Origin: Verrucomicrobiota bacterium
Lineage (GTDB): Bacteria > Verrucomicrobiota > Verrucomicrobiia > Opitutales > Opitutaceae
Direction of reading: 5' to 3'
Assembly: GCA_048498795.1 (NCBI GenBank)
Contig: JBEHXH010000013.1
Span: 24,717 to 88,716, forward strand
Length of the DNA stretch: 64,000 nucleotides
In this document: in pieces, positions 59,844 to 64,000 of the stretch
Numbering within the stretch: position 1 is the stretch's first letter
How the letters are laid out: each line of letters starts with the position of its first letter
Position numbers and translations under genes: made by a program
The notes under the pieces: generated by a model
The model's input: the letters and a program-made list of their open reading frames with translations, nothing else
Told to the model about the DNA's origin: nothing
Databases searched by the model: none

Positions 59844-60007
59844 GTGCCCACGAATGGACACGAAATTACACGAATGGGGGAGCGTGGGGCTGCGGCGGGA
59901 ATTCGACGTTGGGCGGAGGCGAATGAACGCGGCGGGGGCGCCGCGTCCCCATCAGAGACTGAGAAGATCGAAATTATTCGTGTCGATTCGTGTCCATTCG
60001 TGGGCAC
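59844..60007. repeat. 164-bp element bounded by 32-bp near-perfect terminal inverted repeats made of CACGAAT units (MITE-like or long REP-like hairpin)
   Basis: The left arm is GTGCCCACGAATGGACACGAAATTACACGAATG. The right arm is CATTCGTGTCGATTCGTGTCCATTCGTGGGCAC. A ~98-bp spacer separates them, and a smaller hairpin ATCACGAAT..ATTCGCGAT sits at 60020-60046. Confidence 0.6.
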
Positions 60008-60104
60008 GGATTGGCGGAATCACGAATAGGCGTGATGATTCGCGATTGCTCCCTGTCTCGCATCGCAAAGGCCTCGCGGGAGCTCGGCCCTCCATGGGAG
60101 GGGC

Positions 60105-60974
60105 TTACTTGGTCGGTTTCTTCATCTGGTCTTTCGCGAGTTGTTCGACCTGCTGCAACGTTTGCTGGGTTTGCTGGAGGCGGGTGAGCTCGGTAACGGC
60201 TTTCTTTTGGTCGGGGGAAAACGTGTTTTGCGCGAGGCCGGCGATGTTGACGGTGAACTGCTCCTGCTGCTCGTCGCTCATCGGTGCCTGTACCATCGCT
60301 AGGCCGCGCTGGAGATTCGCGGTGGCACCACGGAAGAGTTGGGCGTTTTCGTAGTTTTGAAACTGCGCGAAGGCTTCCGGGCCCATCTGCGACTGGAGCT
60401 TTTGGTCGATGTCGTTTTGCGCGGTGGCGATCAGTTCGCGCATCTGAGACTGATCGAATTTTTTCCCGTCCTGCATGGATTGCGCGGCGGCAGCGGCGGC
60501 GATGTCGACGATGGAGGACTGGCGCTCGACGAGGAGGTCCTTCAACTGCGCGAGCGCGGCGGGCGCGAGGTTCATCGACTTGAAAAGCTGGGCGTAGCGC
60601 GTGTCGACCGCTTCGCGGAATTTGGCGTTCATCGCGGCCTGCATCTCGGGGCTGTTGAGCATCGCGAGCATCTCGACGCGGGCGTTGTTGGCCTTGGCGG
60701 GATTGGCCTTCGCGGCGGAATCGCCGGATTTGGTGTCGTCGGGTTTTGCGTTGGTGGAGGCCTTGGCGCGCTCGGCGGCGAGGTCGGCCTCGAGTTTTTT
60801 GGCGCGGGCCTCGGCGTCCCACGCGCGTTTGCGGAGCTCGGCGCGCTCGTCGGGATTGAGTGCGTCGGCGCGGGATTGGATCAGCTCGAGGTGCTGGTTC
60901 CAAGCGAGCCAGCCGACGCCGAGCAAGGCGACGGCGAGGACGAGGGCCGCGGCGGTGGCGCGAGATTTCATTGG
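60105..60974 (-). CDS. hypothetical membrane-anchored/secreted Ala/Gln/Lys-rich coiled-coil protein
   Basis: The start is chosen at MKSRATAAALVLAVALLGV (signal/anchor). The rest is low-complexity and helical. No family recognised. Confidence 0.4.
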   Translation of the reverse strand, partial: PMKSRATAAALVLAVALLGVGWLAWNQHLELIQSRADALNPDERAELRKRAWDAEARAKKLEADLAAERAKASTNAKPDDTKSGDSAAKANPAKANNARVEMLAMLNSPEMQAAMNAKFREAVDTRYAQLFKSMNLAPAALAQLKDLLVERQSSIVDIAAAAAAQSMQDGKKFDQSQMRELIATAQNDIDQKLQSQMGPEAFAQFQNYENAQLFRGATANLQRGLAMVQAPMSDEQQEQFTVNIAGLAQNTFSPDQKKAVTELTRLQQTQQTLQQVEQLAKDQMKKPTK

Positions 60975-61081
60975 GGAATGGGCAGTATCAGACGCCGGGT
61001 GAAGGTGGCGCGCAACCGCAATCCCGGCGCGCAATGTGGTTGGCGTTGGCGTGCAACCCGCTATGACACGACGAAAAGACC

Positions 61082-62263
61082 ATGGGCGAAAACCTCCACG
61101 AATGGGCGAATCTCCTCGTGCGCTTGGCGCACTTCATCGCGGGCATCATGTGGGTCGGCACGTCGTTTTATTTCGTGTGGCTCGACTCCGCGTTCAAGCC
61201 GCTGGCGAAGACGGAGCCGGGTGTGGAAGGCGAGCTGTACATGGTGCACGGCGGTTTTTTCTACCGCGTGGAAAAGCGTCGCTTCGGGGCGGGGCAGATG
61301 CCGTCGCCGCTGCACTGGTTCATCTGGGAGGCGACGCTCACGTGGATCACGGGCTTCATCATGCTGTGGGTCGTGTACTACACGACGCAGGGCTCGCTGC
61401 TCGTCGATCCCTCGGTGCGCGCGCTCACCGACACGCAGGCGACACTGATCGGAGTCGGGTCGATGGTCGGCGGGTGGTTCATCTACGACGGACTGTTTCG
61501 CTCGCCGCTGGCGAAAATGGGTGCGCTCTCCAATGCGCTCGGCCTCGCGCTCGCGGCGGGGATGGTGTGGTTTCTCACGCACACGTTTAGCGGGCGCGGG
61601 GCGTTCATCCATCTCGGCGCGGTGTTTGGCACGATCATGGTGACCAACGTGTGGGTGCACATCCTGCCCAACCAGCGCGCGATCATCCGCGCCGCGCAGG
61701 AGGGCCGCGAGCCCGACTACGAGCTGGGGAAAAAGGCGAAACGCCGTTCGATGCACAACAGCTACATGACGATCCCCGTGCTGTTCACGATGATCTCGAA
61801 TCACTTTCCGGCGATTACGAATCACCCGCAAAACTGGCTCGCGCTGGTCCTCGTGATCGTGGCGGGCGCGTTTGCGCGGCACACGATGATCTCGGCGAAA
61901 CTTTGGCCGCTGATCCCGGCGATCGGCGCGGTGACGGCGCTCTTCATCATGACGCTCCCGCCGCCTCCGCCGACGATCGATGTGTCGGGCCCGAAGGTGC
62001 CGTTCTCACAGGCGTATGCGATCGTGCAGCAGCGCTGTGTGACGTGTCACGCGGAGCATCCGACGGACGATGTCTTCAAGACCGCGCCGCTCGGCACGCG
62101 CTTCGATGCGCCAGAGCTGGTGCAGGCCTTCGCGCCGCGTATTTGGGAACGCGCGGTGGTGCGCAAGACGATGCCGCTCCTGAACAAGACGGGCATCACC
62201 GATGAGGAGCGGATGATTCTTGCGCGCTGGATCGCGCAGGGGGCGAAGCGGGACGAGAAGTGA
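61082..62263 (+). CDS. puuD: DUF989 membrane protein with C-terminal c-type cytochrome domain (urate hydroxylase PuuD-like)
   Basis: N-terminal HEWANLLVRLAHFIAGIMWVGTSFYFVWLD matches the conserved DUF989 start. ~6 TM helices. A C-terminal haem-binding CVTCH with downstream Met (RKTMPL). Confidence 0.6.
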   Translation: MGENLHEWANLLVRLAHFIAGIMWVGTSFYFVWLDSAFKPLAKTEPGVEGELYMVHGGFFYRVEKRRFGAGQMPSPLHWFIWEATLTWITGFIMLWVVYYTTQGSLLVDPSVRALTDTQATLIGVGSMVGGWFIYDGLFRSPLAKMGALSNALGLALAAGMVWFLTHTFSGRGAFIHLGAVFGTIMVTNVWVHILPNQRAIIRAAQEGREPDYELGKKAKRRSMHNSYMTIPVLFTMISNHFPAITNHPQNWLALVLVIVAGAFARHTMISAKLWPLIPAIGAVTALFIMTLPPPPPTIDVSGPKVPFSQAYAIVQQRCVTCHAEHPTDDVFKTAPLGTRFDAPELVQAFAPRIWERAVVRKTMPLLNKTGITDEERMILARWIAQGAKRDEK

Positions 62264-62269
62264 AGCCTA

Positions 62270-62298
62270 ACCGCGGATGGACGCGGATGAACACGGAT
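62270..62298. repeat. three 10-bp-phased CGCGGAT-type units (CGCGGATGGA CGCGGATGAA CACGGATTTT)
   Basis: Same heptamer family; located between convergent puuD-like and DUF420 genes. Confidence 0.6.
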
Positions 62299-62531
62299 TT
62301 TTACAGAACAGAACGAAGCGGTTCTTGGTAGGAGGTGATTGAGCGCCACTACCGGCGTATTTTGCTTTTTTACAGGAGGGAACGGAGGAAAGGCCGGAGG
62401 GCGGAGGAACGTCGAAGTTCGGAGGTAGATCTATTTTACTTTCAGATCGCTACGGGCGCGAAGAATGCAAGGCGTGCCTAGCGGGAGAATTCTAACTCCG
62501 GCCTTTTCTCCGTTCTCTCCTGTAAAAAATC

Positions 62532-62966
62532 TCAGCGCGCTGCGGGCCACCAGCGGTAGAGGAAGAAATACACCAGCACGCCCGTCACGCTCACGTAGTA
62601 CCAAATGGGAAACGTGAATTTCGCCCACGCGCGGTGGGTTGCGAAGTCGCCCTTGATCGCGAAGAGGAACGTCCGCGGCACGAGGTAGGCGATGGAGATC
62701 GCGAGGATGATGTGCGAGATCAGCATCGTGTAGTACACGATGCGGATCGCGCCTTCGCCGCCGAAGGGCGTGTGCACGCCGTGGATCAGCGCCTTGTGCG
62801 TCACGTAGCCGACGAGGAAGATCGCGGACACGACGCCCGCGGTGAGCATCACGGTGCGATGGGCGTTCTTGTGGCCGGTCTTGATCAGGATGAAGCCGAT
62901 GGTGATCAGGACCGTCGCGAGGCCGTTGAGCGTGGCGTTGAGGGCGGGGATGTCTTGGACGGTCAT
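62532..62966 (-). CDS. DUF420 family 4-TM membrane protein (commonly linked to haem-copper oxidase / haem A genes)
   Basis: MTVQDIPALNATLNGLATVLITIGFILIKTGHKNAHRTVML...RIVYYTMLISHIILAISIAYLVP...HRAWAKFTFPIWYYVSVTGVLVYFFLY fits the DUF420 pattern. The start ATG overlaps the ctaB stop (ATGA). Confidence 0.55.
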   Translation of the reverse strand: MTVQDIPALNATLNGLATVLITIGFILIKTGHKNAHRTVMLTAGVVSAIFLVGYVTHKALIHGVHTPFGGEGAIRIVYYTMLISHIILAISIAYLVPRTFLFAIKGDFATHRAWAKFTFPIWYYVSVTGVLVYFFLYRWWPAAR

Positions 62967-63859
62967 GGGACGAGCCAGAAATGAGCGACACGGTCGGCGA
63001 CGAGTGTGCCGAGCACGAGCGGCAGGTAGCCGATGGAGGCGAAGAAGAGTTTCTTGGCCGTGACATCGCGGCCCTCGGCGTGGAGGAAGCGCAGCGCGCA
63101 CCAGAGGAACCACGCATTGCACACGAGCGCCGGTATGCCGTACCACGCGGTCGCGAGACCGAGGTACCAAGGGAGCAGGCTCACCACGATGAGCATCAGG
63201 GTAGCCACCAGCGACCAGCCTGCGACGTACGCACCCGACTCGTCGCGCACGGAGAGCATGGGGAAATTCACCGTCGAGTAGTCTTTCCGATACACCCACG
63301 CGATCGCCATGAAGTGCGGGATCTGCCAGAGAAACAGCACGCCGAAGAGGATCGCGCCCAGCGCGCTCACGCGGCCCTCGGCGGCAGTCCAGCCGATGAG
63401 CGGAGGAAACGCGCCAGCGATGGCGCCTATCTCGGTGCTCCAGCGCGACCAGCGCTTCGCGGGCGTGTACCAACCGAGATAGGAAACAATCGTGGCGAGC
63501 GTGAAGCCGGCCGCCAGCGGCGCCACGCGCGCGAAAAGCAGCATAAGCGACACGATGCACATGCCCCAGCCGAGCACGAAGGCCGAGCCACTCGCGACCT
63601 TGCCCGAGGGCAGGGGACGGTCGGCGGTGCGCTGCATCCGCGCATCGGTGTCGCGCTCCTGATACTGGTTGAGCGCGGCGACGCCACCCGCGGCGAGCGA
63701 GGTGCCGACGATCAGCAGCACGAGGTGCAGCCAGTCGGCCGGTGGACGCGCGGCGAGGTAGCCCACCAGCGCTGTGAGCACGGAGAGCAGACTCAGCCGA
63801 GGTTTGGTGAGCTCGACGTAGTCGCGAAACTTCGCGTTGACTGGCGCGATCTCGGTCAT
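62963..63859 (-). CDS. ctaB: protohaem IX farnesyltransferase (haem O synthase)
   Basis: YVELTKPRLSLLSVLTALVGYLAA, ...NQYQERDTDARMQRTADRPLPSG... and ...FLWQIPHFMAIAWVYRKDY are UbiA-family CtaB/CyoE signatures. 298 aa. Confidence 0.85.
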   Translation of the reverse strand: MTEIAPVNAKFRDYVELTKPRLSLLSVLTALVGYLAARPPADWLHLVLLIVGTSLAAGGVAALNQYQERDTDARMQRTADRPLPSGKVASGSAFVLGWGMCIVSLMLLFARVAPLAAGFTLATIVSYLGWYTPAKRWSRWSTEIGAIAGAFPPLIGWTAAEGRVSALGAILFGVLFLWQIPHFMAIAWVYRKDYSTVNFPMLSVRDESGAYVAGWSLVATLMLIVVSLLPWYLGLATAWYGIPALVCNAWFLWCALRFLHAEGRDVTAKKLFFASIGYLPLVLGTLVADRVAHFWLVP

Positions 63860-64000
63860 GTTTCAGTGGGCTCGGCACCCTCGATGACATCGCGATGCGC
63901 GAGCCACGTGAGCCAGAAAGTCGTCGCGAGCGTGAGCGCACCGCACAGCACGTGGCCCGTGGTGATCTCGGGATCGCGGTAGGTTTTGATGATGGACGCG
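63856..64000 (-). CDS. ctaA: haem A synthase (CtaA/COX15-like), C-terminal fragment; gene continues beyond window end
   Basis: The minus-strand frame is open to the window edge and ends ...TTGHVLCGALTLATTFWLTWLAHRDVIEGAEPTET*, with the conserved His in the final TM helix. Stop overlaps the ctaB start (ATGA). Confidence 0.45.
   Translation of the reverse strand, partial: ASIIKTYRDPEITTGHVLCGALTLATTFWLTWLAHRDVIEGAEPTET

Noticed and set aside
59821-60903. ORFs 59821-60354 (+) and 59974-60903 (-)
   Set aside because: They span the repeat-dense non-coding region or run antisense to the 60105-60974 gene. The reading frames run through palindromic repeats.
62532-63941. 469-aa minus-strand ORF
   Set aside because: It fuses the DUF420 gene frame with an alternative frame of ctaB. 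The real genes are 62532-62966 and 62963-63859.

Overview
This is a GC-rich (about 65 to 70 % by eye) bacterial chromosomal segment with dense coding on both strands and no rRNA, tRNA, CRISPR array or transposase/integrase that I can recognise. Signal peptides such as MKKFLLIASALAAVSVANAQ, the M2 peptidase, TMTC-like TPR proteins and a GH29 fucosidase give it a Verrucomicrobia/Opitutae-like flavour, but that is a low-confidence guess. Recognisable content in order: a racemase fragment, a cupin, deaD, gmd-fcl (GDP-fucose synthesis), a CmcI/TylF-like methyltransferase, tatC, a membrane-anchored pseudokinase, and dnaX with a candidate programmed -1 frameshift. Then come two tandem secreted paralogues (family A), a bacterial ACE-like M2 peptidase, a TMTC-like TPR membrane protein, a CE8 pectinesterase, a large polytopic membrane protein and thrC. 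A complete kdp locus follows (kdpE, kdpD, kdpC, kdpB, kdpA, kdpF, plus a second KdpF-like peptide and a candidate KdpE box), then a flotillin-like SPFH protein. The centre of the window is a phosphate-uptake island: OprO/P-like porin, pstS, pstC, pstA, pstB, phoU, phoB, phoR, and DUF47-pitA. Four members of an uncharacterised secreted protein family (family B) are tied to this island. Three sit in tandem co-directionally downstream of pitA, and the fourth is divergent from the porin-pst operon across a Pho-box-like repeat. I rate this the most interesting candidate system. The rest of the window holds a DUF218/ElyC protein, GH29 alpha-L-fucosidase, a 1203-aa AsmA-family protein, a second TMTC-like protein, a third family-A member (lipoprotein), a PuuD-like DUF989/cytochrome c membrane protein, and DUF420-ctaB-ctaA(partial). 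At least six intergenic sites carry a repetitive element built from 10-bp-phased C.CG.AT heptamers, often arranged as long palindromes. Many long ORFs in the six-frame track are antisense artefacts of the high GC content and were rejected.
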